A stretch of DNA of 61,244 nt, filler included, from Sphacelaria rigidula (Eukaryota): assembly GCA_964200075.2 (NCBI GenBank). It is 4 parts of 4 records of this genome, joined end to end, with 100 filler letters (N's around TTAATTAATTAA, not from the genome) between each part and the next. Parts side by side here need not be neighbours in the genome. Positions count along the whole stretch, not along the records: positions 1 to 15,237 come from CAXNAA020001844.1; positions 15,338 to 30,574 come from CAXNAA020001845.1; 2 more parts are not named here. One strand, given 5' to 3'. Below are positions 11,844-23,954 of this stretch, piece after piece. Each line of letters begins with the position of its first letter. The first letter of the stretch is position 1. The position numbers were made by a program, and so were the translations under genes. The notes under the pieces are model-generated. The model saw only the letters and a list, made by a program, of their open reading frames with translations. It was not told the DNA's origin and searched no databases.

Positions 11844-13259
11844 GTGTCGAATGCATTCGTGCGGTCACCAACCACCACTGTTTTCCCATCCATCCTTATC
11901 CCCCCCTGCCCCACCCAGGAGGAGAGGCGGGAAAGAAAGACTGCGTGCAACAAGCAGCAAGGACAAAAGCACTCAACAACAACCAGAGAGAGAGAGAGCG
12001 CGCGACCGAAGCACAGCCACCGCGAATCAACTCGGACACCAAGCGGCCGACGCATTCGAAAAACAAAACGCAGCAACCGCAGCAACCGCAGCAACAGCAG
12101 CAACAGCAGCATCCCCAAGCCGCTGGCTGCCAGCGACGTCAAGGGCGACACCGCCTCCCCCCAACCGTCATCTTCCGGCGGAGAATCCAGCCCGCCAGAG
12201 TACTCCGTGCCGGCCTCCGGTCCTAACAAGAAGAGACAAGAAATGGAAGGCCGAACCGCGGAACCTCCATCAGAGAATAAAACGATGCCGGCATTCGTGT
12301 GTCCCTCGCGTGAACAAGTACCGATCGACTCGGTGGTCGCAAGTCCAGTGGGGAGTGCCATGCGCGAAGAGGAAGACTGCGGCGATGGCGACATGGTCGA
12401 GTCTTTCATACGAATGCTGAAGGGCACTCGCCCCGAGCTGTTACGGACCAGCACCTACTACCAGGGCGCCAAGGTTGTATGTATGGATATATAGTAGTGA
12501 GCGTACATGCATGTTTTGCCGGGGGGGAAGGGTACTCGAAAATACTACCTTCGCTCCTCATATCAAGGGCTAACGTTCATACCGTGATCGTAGTCTCCAG
12601 ATGCTGTAGGTAAATCGCAGCGTGCCCTGCTTCAGCGGCCTTGTTCGTTTCGGTTCGTTTCGGTTCGGTTCGGTTCGTGTCATTTTGTGTTGTCTTGTGT
12701 TTTCTTCTACAGTCTGCTTGCCAGAAGCCATGCCTCATTTGTTTTTCTTCTTTTTCCTGTAATAGTGATCGAGACCGGTATTAATAGTCGATATTAGCCT
12801 CGCGGGTTTCTTGCTTATTTTCATTTTCTGCTCTCTTCCTGTCAATTTCCCTTCTTTCTTTTTTTTCTGTTTTGTTGTTTCATTGTTGTTGTTGTGTTCG
12901 TGTTCTCCCTCGTTTTCCCGTTGTTTGATGTTGATGATGTTGTTGTGGAAGTACCTCCGGCAGGGCGAGACGTCATGACCCACGATTTTGATTTGATGTC
13001 AGGGCTGGAGGGGGCTGGGGGGGGACATGGTATCGTACATGTAGTGCCGCCAAGTGGGAGCATCTTGTTTGTTGGCATGCTTTTACTTGTGGTTCATCCT
13101 CGCACGCTCTTGTCCTTCTTGTCTTGTTCCGCGCACCTGTCTCAGCACGCTTACACATGTGTCGCGGGACTGCCCGTGTTGCGGAGCATTGCTCCCACGG
13201 TGGAGGCCGTGGTGGAGTCGCTAGTCGACATGACTCATATGAAGCCCACCCCCGAGGAG
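11844..13259 (+). CDS. Putative spliced gene fragment of unknown function (exons ~11844-12473 and 13146-13259)
   Basis: 216-aa ORF with a phase-0 donor ...YYQGAK|GTTGTA. A polypyrimidine tract and CAG acceptor at 13145 give in-phase HAYTCVAGLPVLRSIAPTVEAVVESLVDMTHMKPTPEE|GTGAGA. No recognisable domain; may be part of a repeat. Confidence 0.4.
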
Positions 13260-14300
13260 GTGAGATAATCTCTTAGAGGAGGGGGCAGGGTGTACTCATG
13301 ATCTTGCATGCCATAGTCATATGCCCATTGATCTAGCATCCCCACAATGCCGGGACGGAGCACGCCGGGTTTCCGCCGGGCCAGGCTCGCAATCAATTAC
13401 GAAGCGCGAGAAGGGCACTCGCCCCGAGCTGTTACGGACCAGCACCTACTACCAGGGTGCCAAGGTTGTATATACGGATGTGCAGTAGTGAGCGTACATG
13501 CATGTTTTGCCGGGGGGGAAGGGTACTCGAAAATACTACCTTCGCTCCTCATATCAAGGGCTAACGTTCATACCGTGATCGTGGTCTCCAGGTGCTGGAG
13601 GTAAGTCGCAGCGTGCCCTGCTTCAGCGGCCTTGTTCGTTTCGGTTCGTTTCGGTTCGTGTCATTTTGTGTTGTCTTGTGTTTTCTTCTACAGTCTGCTT
13701 GCCAGAAGCCATGCCTCATTTGTTTTTCTTCTTTTTCCTGTAATAGTGATCGAGACCGGTATTAATAGTCGATATTAGCCTCGCGGGTTTCTTGCTTATT
13801 TTAATTTTTTGCTCTCTTCCTGTCAATTTCCCTTCTTTTTTTTTTTCTGTTTTGTTGTTTCATTGTTGTTGTTGTGTTCGTGTTTTCCCTCGTTTTCCCG
13901 TTGTTTGATGTTGATGATGTTGTGGAAGTACCTCCGGCAGGGCGAGACGTCATGACCCACGATTTTGATTTGGTGTCAGGGCTGGAGGGGGCCGGGGGGG
14001 GGACATGGTATTGTACATGTAGTGCCGCCAAGTGGGAGCGTGTCAGAAAAATATTTGTTTGTTGGCATGCTTTTACTTGTGGTTCATCCTCGCACGCTCT
14101 TGTCCTTCTTGTCTTGTTCCGCGCACCTGTCTCAGCACGCTTACACATGTGTCGCGGGACTGCCCGTTCTGCAAAGCATTGCTCCCACAGTGGAGGCCGT
14201 GGCCGAGTCGCTGGTCGATATGACTCCGCTCAAGCCCACCCCGGAGGAGGTGAAATCATCTCTTAGAGAAGGGTGTACTCATGATCATGCATGCCATATG
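12420..14300 (+). repeat. Tandem duplication with a unit of about 990 nt (12420-13410 and 13411-~14300)
   Basis: Near-identical copies both start AAGGGCACTCGCCCCGAGCTGTTACGGACC. Confidence 0.95.
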
Positions 14301-14490
14301 AACCAGCGACTTGGCCACGGCCTCCACTGTGGGAGCAATGCTTTGCAGAACGGGCAGTCCCGCGTGAGCGAGGTGTAAGGGTGCTGAGACAGGTGCGCGG
14401 AACAAGACAAGAAGGACAAGAGCGTGCGAGGATGAACCACAAGTAAAAGCATGCCAACAGATCAAGATTTTTCTGACACGCTGCCACTTG
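14029..14490. repeat. Long inverted repeat with arms ~14029-14215 and ~14302-14490
   Basis: 14302-14490 is the reverse complement of 14029-14215 with few differences, as reflected in mirrored ORFs 13965+ and 14256-. Confidence 0.9.
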
Positions 14491-15069
14491 TCTCTTAGAA
14501 AAGAGCGGGCGAGGGGGTATTGATGATCTTGCATGCCATGGTCATATGCCCATTAATCTAGCATCCCCACAAAGCCCGGACGAAGCACACTGGGTTTTCG
14601 TCGGGCCAGGCTCGCAATCAATTTCGAAGCGCGGAGCGCCATGACGTGTTCGGCGAGTTGCATAAAGGGTGAGCTGCATCTTAATATGTTTGTTCGGCCC
14701 GAACCGTACTGATAATCTTGCATCTGGATGACGGCTCCAATAAGTTGCTTCATTTTCTGGTATCGCCGCTTCCAGAGATGGCCAAGGGTTCCGCACTGTG
14801 TCATGGGTGCCTCACCATTCAAACGCTATGTAGTACGATAACCCCTTTCGCGCGGAATCGAGGTTCTCTCACCCCGCACAATTTGATCTAGCTCGGCCAC
14901 CATCATGGTTACTGCAAAAAAACGCAGGCGCGCAAAAATATCGGTAACCTGGTTGCCTGACCTACGCAGTGAGTGACGTGTCTTACACCGTCGTTATCAA
15001 CCGACGCCAACCCCATAGGGGGTCCGTCCCTACAAAGCCGGGACGGAGCACGCCGAATTTTCGCCGGAC

Positions 15070-15237
15070 CGGGGGGGTACTCACTTGTTGCTTGCCTTAG
15101 TCGTTTGACCATTGACCACGCATCCCCTTTGAGACGGAACATTAGGAAACGGGGAGGGGGGGGCGTTCTCATGTGTTGCTTGCCTTAGTCGTGTGACCAT
15201 TGACCACGCATCCCTTTTGAGACGGAGCACCGTTCCT
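15070..15237 (+). repeat. ~88-nt G-run-containing tandem repeat at the contig end; another unit at 15341-15400
   Basis: GTTGCTTGCCTTAGTCGT at ~15087, ~15175 and ~15376, each preceded by a G-run. Confidence 0.8.
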
Positions 15238-15337
15238 NNNNNNNNNNNNNNNNNNNNNNNNNNNNNNNNNNNNNNNNNNNNTTAATTAATTAANNNNNNN
15301 NNNNNNNNNNNNNNNNNNNNNNNNNNNNNNNNNNNNN
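15238..15337. other. Artificial contig linker
   Basis: N44-TTAATTAATTAA-N44, a six-frame stop spacer. Confidence 0.98.
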
Positions 15338-15385
15338 GGTTTGGGGGGGGGGGGGGGGGGGGGGCGTACTAATTTGTTGCTTGCC

Positions 15386-16153
15386 TTAGTCGTTCGACTG
15401 TATTGGAGAGGGGGGGCTATCGCAGAAAGTGTCACGGGTGGCCCGTTTTGATCTCGTCCTCGATGATGCTGCCCCATAGCTACATGTACAGAGTTGACAG
15501 TCAACATGCGTTTCAAGTACACGTCGCCGGGAAGAGGTCGTTGCTGTATCGCATCTGATGCGACTAGCAGCCCAAACTACCTCAATTTTTCTCCAACACC
15601 ACCGTACCAGCACACACAAGCGCCAGAAGAGTATGCGCTGCAGCTTACCCGTCGCATCGCAGTCTTTTTCCGCTTGCTCCATAAAGCTCTTCACATCTTT
15701 CTCCAGGCCGTCACGTAGAGCACGTAATGCCCTGTGGCCTTTGTCGCCGCCACCTACAGCGCCACCCTGCGCAGCACCTGTTCCGCCTGTCTTTGCTCCT
15801 ACGCCTGCCTTGTTCGCTCCTACAGCTGCCTTTGTGTTGGCTTTGGCTCCGCGCGCCCCCCCCATCGAGCTACAGCCAGTGCTGGAAATAGTGTTCTTGC
15901 CTTGGGACCGCCTCTGCTGGCCAACACCATCATAGCCTCCCTGTTCAACGATGGCAAGGGGAAAAGATCGATGTGGCGGCTTGACACGGAAATTCTGACT
16001 ATCTTTGTTCGTCTGACTGTGTCCACGACAAGGCCTTGACCATGATGAGGACATGGTGGCGCGGCGGCGGGGCTTCGCTGTCACGGTTTGAAAAATGTCC
16101 GTGAACATGGCGTCGTCTTCCTCATCCGACGTCGCTCGCCTGATATAGATCAT
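15386..16153 (-). CDS. Hypothetical 255-aa ORF with a Gly/Ala-rich middle and helical segment, inside an unclassified repeat
   Basis: ATG-started ORF containing ALRALRDGLEKDVKSFMEQAEKD. No recognised domain; may be spliced or decayed. Confidence 0.3.
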   Translation of the reverse strand: MIYIRRATSDEEDDAMFTDIFQTVTAKPRRRATMSSSWSRPCRGHSQTNKDSQNFRVKPPHRSFPLAIVEQGGYDGVGQQRRSQGKNTISSTGCSSMGGARGAKANTKAAVGANKAGVGAKTGGTGAAQGGAVGGGDKGHRALRALRDGLEKDVKSFMEQAEKDCDATGKLQRILFWRLCVLVRWCWRKIEVVWAASRIRCDTATTSSRRRVLETHVDCQLCTCSYGAASSRTRSKRATRDTFCDSPPSPIQSND

Positions 16154-18239
16154 GTACCGTTCTGTGTGTCCTGCTTCCCATGTGTACAGTTTTGTCCTGT
16201 TTCACTGCACCTTGCTGCTAGGGTCGGCTTGCCTCCCGCGCGTAGGATTGGTGTTGCAGTTGCTGTTGTTGCTGCGGCGGCCGCCGCCGGATACCTTCTT
16301 GGTGACCAATGCAGGTCTCGGTGACGTCCGCATTCTAGGAATTTTCTGCTGCCCACGATTGGAGTTTGAGGTTGGGACGGCGGCCAGGGAGCAGTTTTCG
16401 GTTTTGTTTTTCGGCACCTGCTGCAATAGCTCGTCACGTAGGTTATGGAAAATAATGCGGAGCAAGACAGATATGTGGTACTATGGGTGACGCCGCGACA
16501 GCCCCCCCTAGAAAAACGGCTGGTTTGAGGAGGCAAAATCTACGTGTGAATCAAAAGCGGCTATCGCGGTATTACTCGCTTGACGAATGTCAACCTTGGC
16601 GTTTTACGAAACGCTGCTTATTCCACCAAACAGAAAAATATGTATCTAAAGATCTCGATCAAATCTTACCCTCTTCTTCAGCGGGTTCACAGCAATCCCT
16701 TCCCGCCGTTGTCTTAACATAGAATTTATCGGTGAAAGGAGCTACTCAGGGTACCTGCCCTGTCTGTACTCGGGTCCACAGAGCCGGGCCATAGAAGAGC
16801 TCTGATCCGCCCTGTCGAAACTTGATGAGATTATCTCGATGGACTGTGACTATACACGTTCATGTACGTTGCAGGGTACTCACATTGCTGTTTTTAGCTT
16901 GCTGCAACCGTGCTGTCTTCGTCGCAATCCCGATGGCCGTCTGCCGTCCAATTGCAATTTTCATCGGTCAAGTTGCCCTGAAGCAGCAAGTAGGTGTAGA
17001 AAGTGCGTCAGGACGACGCGGGCTCAGTCCTTGACTGTTGACTCCCTCGACATGCCCCACACAGACGACTTGAAAAAGTTCGGTCAGAGTGCTCTGACAC
17101 ACAACACGCCTCGTTGAATGAAGACGGGGATAGTCGAACATACGTGCAGAGATGGGCGCACGGAGTGCATGTATCCCGGGCAACTTTCAAGTCGTATCAG
17201 CCAAGGGAAGGGTCAACGTCCGCTGTTCAACATTCCTCAGGTTCATTCGTTAAGCGTGATGCTCGCTTGCTGCCGCTACTGCTGCACGTACGCTGCTGCG
17301 ACGCTGCTGCGTTGCACGCACAAAATATGCTCTCTGGTCGCATCGGTACTTTCGGGGCAATACCGCTAACCCCAAGCATTCTTCGATGTTGCACTCCGTG
17401 TAACCTCCTTTCAACGTTACTGCCAGTGCGACGTTGTACGGTAAAAGTTTACTCTTCTTCATGAACGGCTAGATGCCACCAACAGTACAGTCCGTTGCCA
17501 TCGCTTTCCATCCACTGCACACAGTCTATACTGCTTCTACGTCTGATAAGGTGCGACGAATGATCATTGAGTTGTCATAGTATGCAGTTGTTTTGGCGAC
17601 GAAAAGAAGAGGGCAGGACGTCAAGACTGGGAAACAGCGGCAAAGTAGTTATGTTGGAAATCGGGGTGTGAGGGGTGCAATCTCTTGGCGTCGTCACACA
17701 GAGGGTACACAGAGGGTACAGAGTAGCACTTGAGCCCACTTTCTCTTTTCAGAAAGACTTAGAACAGTCGTGCATCCGGTAATTATGAGGCTGAAAAAGA
17801 GAAGGCCGTAGGTAAGGTTGAGAGTAAGAAGAATGGGAGAGAGTGGAGGAAAGCAGGGTCTAACCTGTGTCCTTCTCGAGCGCAGGATCAACCTGCTATA
17901 GTAGCATTTGATCTAATAACTCGACTTATTCCGCAGAACCCGATACCCCAGCAGTCACTTTTTCTGATGATCCCACCTATTCGGTATAACTAGTATAAGT
18001 TCTATATATACTCGAACAGTTACACTTCATCACTTCGAGTGGCGGGTGCAAAATGTACTACGCCTTACCAAACAAGCGAGTGTTGAATAGGAGTTCACAG
18101 GCTGAGGCTGACTGTATCGCCTAGAATGCTACCAAGGGGCATTTCCATAGCGAGAAGGATAGACACATGAACCAACGGGGGAAGTCATCTGTCACACAGC
18201 CAGTCCATAGCATCAGCAAATCGACTTCAAAATTTTCCT

Positions 18240-19405
18240 TGAGTTGAAGCGCTCTACGTGCCGTCAGACCCACCCAGGGATAAGTGAGAGTCATTGCTAG
18301 CGCTGAACATCCTTAAGCTAAATTTGACGACTTCGGTCAAATGGGAGAGGTTATGCCTTCCCTTCAACGGAAGCACCATCGGCACCAGCGCGCGAGAGGT
18401 GTACACCGACAACACGTCGGCCTGTAACGCGGGCGCGGGGAACACGTCAGTCGGCACCGCCTAGCCGTGCGCACGCAACAGCGGGGGCAGCATCCGCAGC
18501 GGCGGCGGTAGTGGACAGTGGACGAGAACGACGATGCTGATGCCGCCGGAAGCGAAGAGAACGGAAGGGCGTCTACCGTATCGAGAGTCCGATCGACCGT
18601 GAACACTCGTTCAATATTCTGTGTTTGGTCACAACAGGTACGGCAGCAAGTCATTCCGGTTGGAGTCTGAAGGTACCGATCACCCGAACGGTCGAATTTC
18701 GCCTAGTGCTCTGATAGCTAAGTGACAAGATGCCTCTAAGACGAGGCGCCATCCTTAAATGCGGCAGCTTGATGGATGAAGTGGCATGAAGATTCCTGAT
18801 ATCTGCATGACTCACGGTCATCGACTACGTGATGAATTAGTCCACATGAGAAAAATAGTTTTGGGGGAGCGGTCCTCACCGACGACCATGAAAATATCGA
18901 GTACAATAACCTGGAACGCGATCCTGATTTCAGAGTGTCGGACATTCGAGTCATGATGCAAAACATGTGTTCGACTCGTGATGCACGTGAGCGTCGGAGT
19001 GGAGAAGCACTCTGCCATAAGGGCAGCATAGCCGCTGCAGAGTATTAGATATGTCTTTCACTGAACAGTGATGCCGTACACGCTCTATCGTCCTCCTCAC
19101 TTCCAGTGGAATCAGCATCGTCGTTGTCGCCCAATACCGTCGCTTCGGATGCCCCCCCCGCTGTTGCGCGTGCACAGCGGGGAGGTGCCGACTGACATGT
19201 TCCCCGCGCCCGCGTTGCAGGTGGGTTTGTTGTTGACATGGGCCTCTCGCGCGCTGATGCCGATGTTGCCGTTGAAGCTGAATCTTCACCCACTTGATCG
19301 ACGCCATCGAAAACTTTGTGAGGACGTTCAGTTCCAGTACTGATTTTACCTGTTCCTTGATGGGTCAGTGGAATGACGGCGCGCGTAAAGCGCTTTCACT
19401 CGAGG
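18240..19405. mobile_element. Two diverged copies in inverted orientation (18240-18600 + and 19045-19405 -), possibly the decayed C-terminal part of a hAT transposase
   Basis: CATCGGCA(C/T)CAGCGCGCGAGAGG...AACGCGGGCGCGGGGAACA(C/T)GTCAGTCGGCACC is shared. The - copy continues in frameshifted pieces YAALMAECFSTPT / SRVEHMFCIM..TLKSGSRSRL / LDIFMVV, loosely like the hAT dimerisation domain. Confidence 0.45.
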
Positions 19406-19659
19406 AAAAACGAAGTATCGAATTGCAGGTGCTACAGACCAGCTTGTGTGGCAGATGACTTCCCCCGGTGGTTCATGTATCAGTCCTTCTCGCCGTGAGA
19501 ACACTCGTACACACCTGATTTCGTTCTTGAAACCCCTTCCTTATTTTCATGGTTGTATGCACATGACGGGGGTGGGACCTGCACTACGACCACTACGACC
19601 GCCGCCTTGTGTCTGTCAGCAGCGGAGAAATAAATTATGGATAGGCTTTGCCGTGCTTT

Positions 19660-20560
19660 TTCGGGTTGCCTACCCGGGGGGCAACCTCTCCCACCGGCCC
19701 TGACTTAGGGGCGGGAGAACCAGGGACGAGATTAGCAAGGTGCTTCGGGCCAGGCTGTACGCTGACGACGCTGACATCGCTTCGCGATCTCAACCAAGCC
19801 TGACAGGGATGATAACCGCCATCATCGAAGTCTGTGCAGCGCTCGATGTCGTCATGGCGGAAATGAAGACGAGAACCTTCACATGCGCTCCCCTAGCATG
19901 AAGGTGGATACAAGTGAGGCAGAGGCGGCAGGCAAAAGGTACATTCAACTTAATTCCTCGGTCTATATCGGTGGCCATCAACAGCACCGGCGATATCACC
20001 CCTGAGGTCAACCGCCGCACTGGCCAGCTCTGGAAGTGCTTCGTCACGTACAGCAAGCAGAGCGGTATACGACAACCCGTGCATCGCCATGGCCGAAAAA
20101 GGTTTGTTTCCTGAAGGTAGACGTGATCGAGATCATGCTAGGGTACACGGCTGCTTGACCTGAACGCTCTCGGTCAATATTTTCGGCACGATACGGCAAG
20201 TCCACCGCGGGTTCCTGACGTGGTGCCCCAACGAGCATACCTCGACCCACAGCGCTCCCGACTTCAGCGTGCTGTCATACAGCGAGGTCCTCGAAAGGAC
20301 TGAGTGCGAGTGCATCGAGGCTACCGTCATGGCGAACATCCTCAAATACACCGGCCACGTCGCGCGCATGCGTGCCGAATGCCTCTCCAACATCGTCACG
20401 CGTGGAGAGATGGTCGGAAAGGAGAAGGACGCAGGCCAACCAGCGAAACGCGTTCAACACTGTGTCAATTGAGTGCTGCTGCGACTTCGGAATGACACGA
20501 CAACATGGACGCAGACCGCCCGACATGTTTCCGAGTGGTAACTGGTCGTAAAAAAAGGGG
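19660..20560 (+). pseudogene. RTE-like non-LTR retrotransposon RT C-terminal fragment
   Basis: LYADDADIASRS..LTGMITAIIEVC...MKT at 19755 (YADD motif), then INSTGDITPEVNRR...WKCF and GHVARM; frameshifted. Confidence 0.85.
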
Positions 20561-20654
20561 TCAAGGTGTACATGACAAATTGGACCATCACGCAAGTGAA
20601 CGCCATCAATGCGCGCCATGTAAAGGAAACATTTGCTGTGTTACCGCTACAGTG

Positions 20655-23600
20655 TAGTGTTGGATATCGTATCCAAAGTTTCGATATATCGTATCGAAAA
20701 CAGTTCAATAAAATGATGGCGATAACGATAAATTCGATACTACACGATACGATACGATAAATGCTGTCTTCTTACACGAATAGTTATTATTAGTGATTAC
20801 CAGGTATTCATCATATAGCTGGTGAGGTGTAATTGTTAGGCTCTTGGTCGTTCTGCTTTTCGTGTTGTTGTTTTCTGCTCCTAACTCAAGGCAAGCAGAT
20901 GCCTCAAAGAGGCATTTCTGCTTATTGACCATGCTACTGTGGTATACAAAACAAAAGTCACACCTCTGCTCGCTAATATGTGCCAGTTATGCATCTTTTC
21001 TTGCCCCCTTCGACTTTTCTTTTCGTGCGTGTTATATTTTTGGACTCTCAATTTTTTTTCTGATGTCTCCGGGTGTGCGTAGTGCATGATTCAAGCCATC
21101 TACTTCCAAGATGATTGAACAATAATCGCATACTCGTATTTAATCAAATACAGAGGTGCCCGGGGTTCCTTTATGCCTCTAATTGTCCATTTGACTCAAC
21201 TTTCTGCTCCACATGGAAGTACACGTGGTTGCATGTGCTCGTTATTCCTGTTATGACGCGGAATTTACAAATTGCGGATGGATTCCTTCAAGGATCAGCC
21301 TTGGGAACTTTCACATCGAGCATCGGAATATTTTCGGGGGGAAATACGAATGCATTCTCCGGCCGTGATGTGTGACCTTGCTCACTTGAGAAAAAACAGC
21401 AATTTGTAAAATCCGGTGTTTTTTCCGAACAAGTATGATTTCCGTTAATTCTCATTTTTCAGAGCCCCATACATGTTCAGCACGAGATTTCACAGATTGC
21501 GGATAAATATTATATATATATAGGATGAGCGAGGCCGCACATCAAGGCCAGAGAGGCCATTCGCACTTTTTTTCAAAATATTTGATTCTTATGAAGATTC
21601 CCAAGGGTCATCCTCGAAAGCGAGTCCATCCGCAATTTGTGAAACCCCATGTTTCATGTTCCTGACCCCGCTGGAAATGCTCCGAGTAGTGCTGGTGATG
21701 TTTGTTTCGTCGAACCTACATTTCGCTGTGCTCGTTTTCTTTTGGAGCAAATATACTCCTATTTGTAGCGGGCCAGGATGTATAAGGCCCTGGTGATTGT
21801 TGGGTTTTGTCAAACCCGGACACGTTCATTACTCCTGGGCTAAGAGGCCTTGAATACAGTAGGCCAATATTGATGGGAAACGAAGCCAAATAGCCCAACT
21901 TTCTTGCCTCCGGCGGCGCCTCCCGCCGGGCCCCCTCACCAGCCAGGAAAGGCCTTTTGGGGCTCGCCCGCTTACTGTGCGAGCCCGTACCACGGCTTCG
22001 CCGAAATTCATCGAAATTTATCAGGGATATACTCGTTACACGTTCACGTTACGTTCATCACGTAAAACACGTTTAACGTTCACGTTACGTGACGTATGTC
22101 ACGTCAAAAATATTCAACGTTATATCGACGTTTCATTTGAAAAATTGCCGTTACGTCCACGTTACGTTCATCACGTAAAAACAATTTAACGCTACGTTAC
22201 GTTACATGTAACGTAATATGAAACGTTTCATGTAACGTATAGCATAACGTTACGTTGACACGTGTAACGTTCGAATATAACGTTTCATTCTATGTATGTC
22301 GCGGCTCATTTACCAGTGTTCAAGACGTTGTAACGTGTCGTGTAACGCGTGACGTCACCGTGTGCGTGACGCTGCCGGTGGCCCGTCGTATGTTTGAGCG
22401 TAGGCGCATTATCTCATTGTGTAACGTTACTTTCTCTACCGTTTATCGTTCATTCGTTTTTGACCGTATCATCTTCATATCTCCTCTTTTCGTTTCACCT
22501 TTTTGTTGCCAACGTTCAATTTTCAATTTTCAATTTTCGAATGTTCGGTCATTCGCACGACAGCACATACTGTACACACAACAGTTCGTGAACATGATTG
22601 AACGCCGGCTTGCGTCGTCCTGGTATTTCGCAGACAGAACTTTATCGGGTACCCTTGTTTCTATATACGAGCATGTGTACATGTATTAACCCTCTTGGGA
22701 TCGGGCCTCCAGAACGACCAATGAAGCTGGTGAAGAATGACGTGTCTGGCGTCTGCACGAAACAGTGGCGTGTAGCTGAAAATCCGCATATGTAACCGCA
22801 GGGTTATGAGGAATAGCGAAAGTTTCATCCAATCTATTTTCAGGTGCAGAGTGCGCGTTAGGTAATCTACATCTGATGTAGCAAGCAGTACGGATCGCAG
22901 TAGAGAGCTTCCAACAAGATGCGGCGACCGGCGGGCCGCCCGCCACTTGCGCCTTCGGATGATGTTTTTGTCCCCATCACTTTACCACACAGCCCTTTCT
23001 GGTCGGGGTGGGCCACCATTTCCCTCTTTGTTGCATGCGGCATGTTCTCTTCGAAGGGTGTCAGCGTTGCCGCGCGCATACATCCAGTATAGTACGGTAG
23101 TGCAGTACGCCTCTCCGACTGCAGCAGCAGCCGCCTCTGCATACTCCCTTGCACGTTCTGGGCAATTCTCAGCTACCGAGATCAACTGCCTATATACCGC
23201 TTCTTCATCCCCGCCCACTACATACATGTTAACTGCACACTGCAAGTCATCGGCCACGCGGCAGACAAGTCCCGCATCAGATGCTGCAGCTGCAGGCAAC
23301 GACCGAGTTCGGCTGGAGGCTGCTGCGGCACCCCCTCGTTATGGACCTGCCGTTCCCCCCCCTGGATCCATGTCATGTACTGGTGCACGTGAACGCCATG
23401 TGCACGTGTACGTTGCACCCGGTCTCTCGATATGAGTGTGGTCAAGATGAATATGATGTTATGCTGTCACGATAGCTTGTAATGTGTGAGGTGGCGCGGA
23501 GCGCGCGAACTCGCTGAAATAGTATGTCCTATACGATGGTCATTCAAACTCACTGGTTTTTATTGAAGCACTATCTCCTAGGATTTGAAAATTCATCGCA

Positions 23601-23954
23601 AACTTGAAGTGTCAATGCCTCGTGTAACGTGTTTATGACGTTTCATGTAACGTGTAACGTAATATGAAATGTTTCGTGTAACGTGTAACGTCTAATGCAC
23701 GTGTTTTGAACGTTCGGGGAAATTAATGTTGACGTTACGTTACGCATGTCACGTTAAAAATATTTACGTGACCTTAACGTTTCATTTGAACGATTAACGT
23801 TACGTTCACGTTACGTTTCGGCCAAAACGTAACGTGAACGTAACGTGTAACGCTATGGCACGTGTAACGTGTATATCCCTGAAAATTATCGACATCGAAC
23901 GCTGAAAATGTCGATATCGTATCGAAATGATGAGTGGTTCGATAACCAGCACTA
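20655..23954. mobile_element. Non-autonomous hAT-type element (outer)
   Basis: TIRs TAGTGTTGGATATCG and (reverse complement) TAGTGCTGGTTATCG; flanking 8-mers CTACAGTG / CTAGAGTG (7/8, TSD); CGATA/TATCG subterminal repeats at both ends. Confidence 0.8.
22022..23881. mobile_element. Non-autonomous hAT-type element nested inside the previous one
   Basis: 22-nt TIR CAGGGATATAC(T/A)CGTTACACGT; flanks AAATTTAT / AAAATTAT (7/8, TSD); dense CGTTA/TAACG subterminal arrays at 22030-22350 and 23620-23870. Confidence 0.85.

Noticed and set aside
15282-15293. TTAATTAATTAA palindrome recurring every ~15.3 kb
   Set aside because: It is an artificial stop linker inside N runs.
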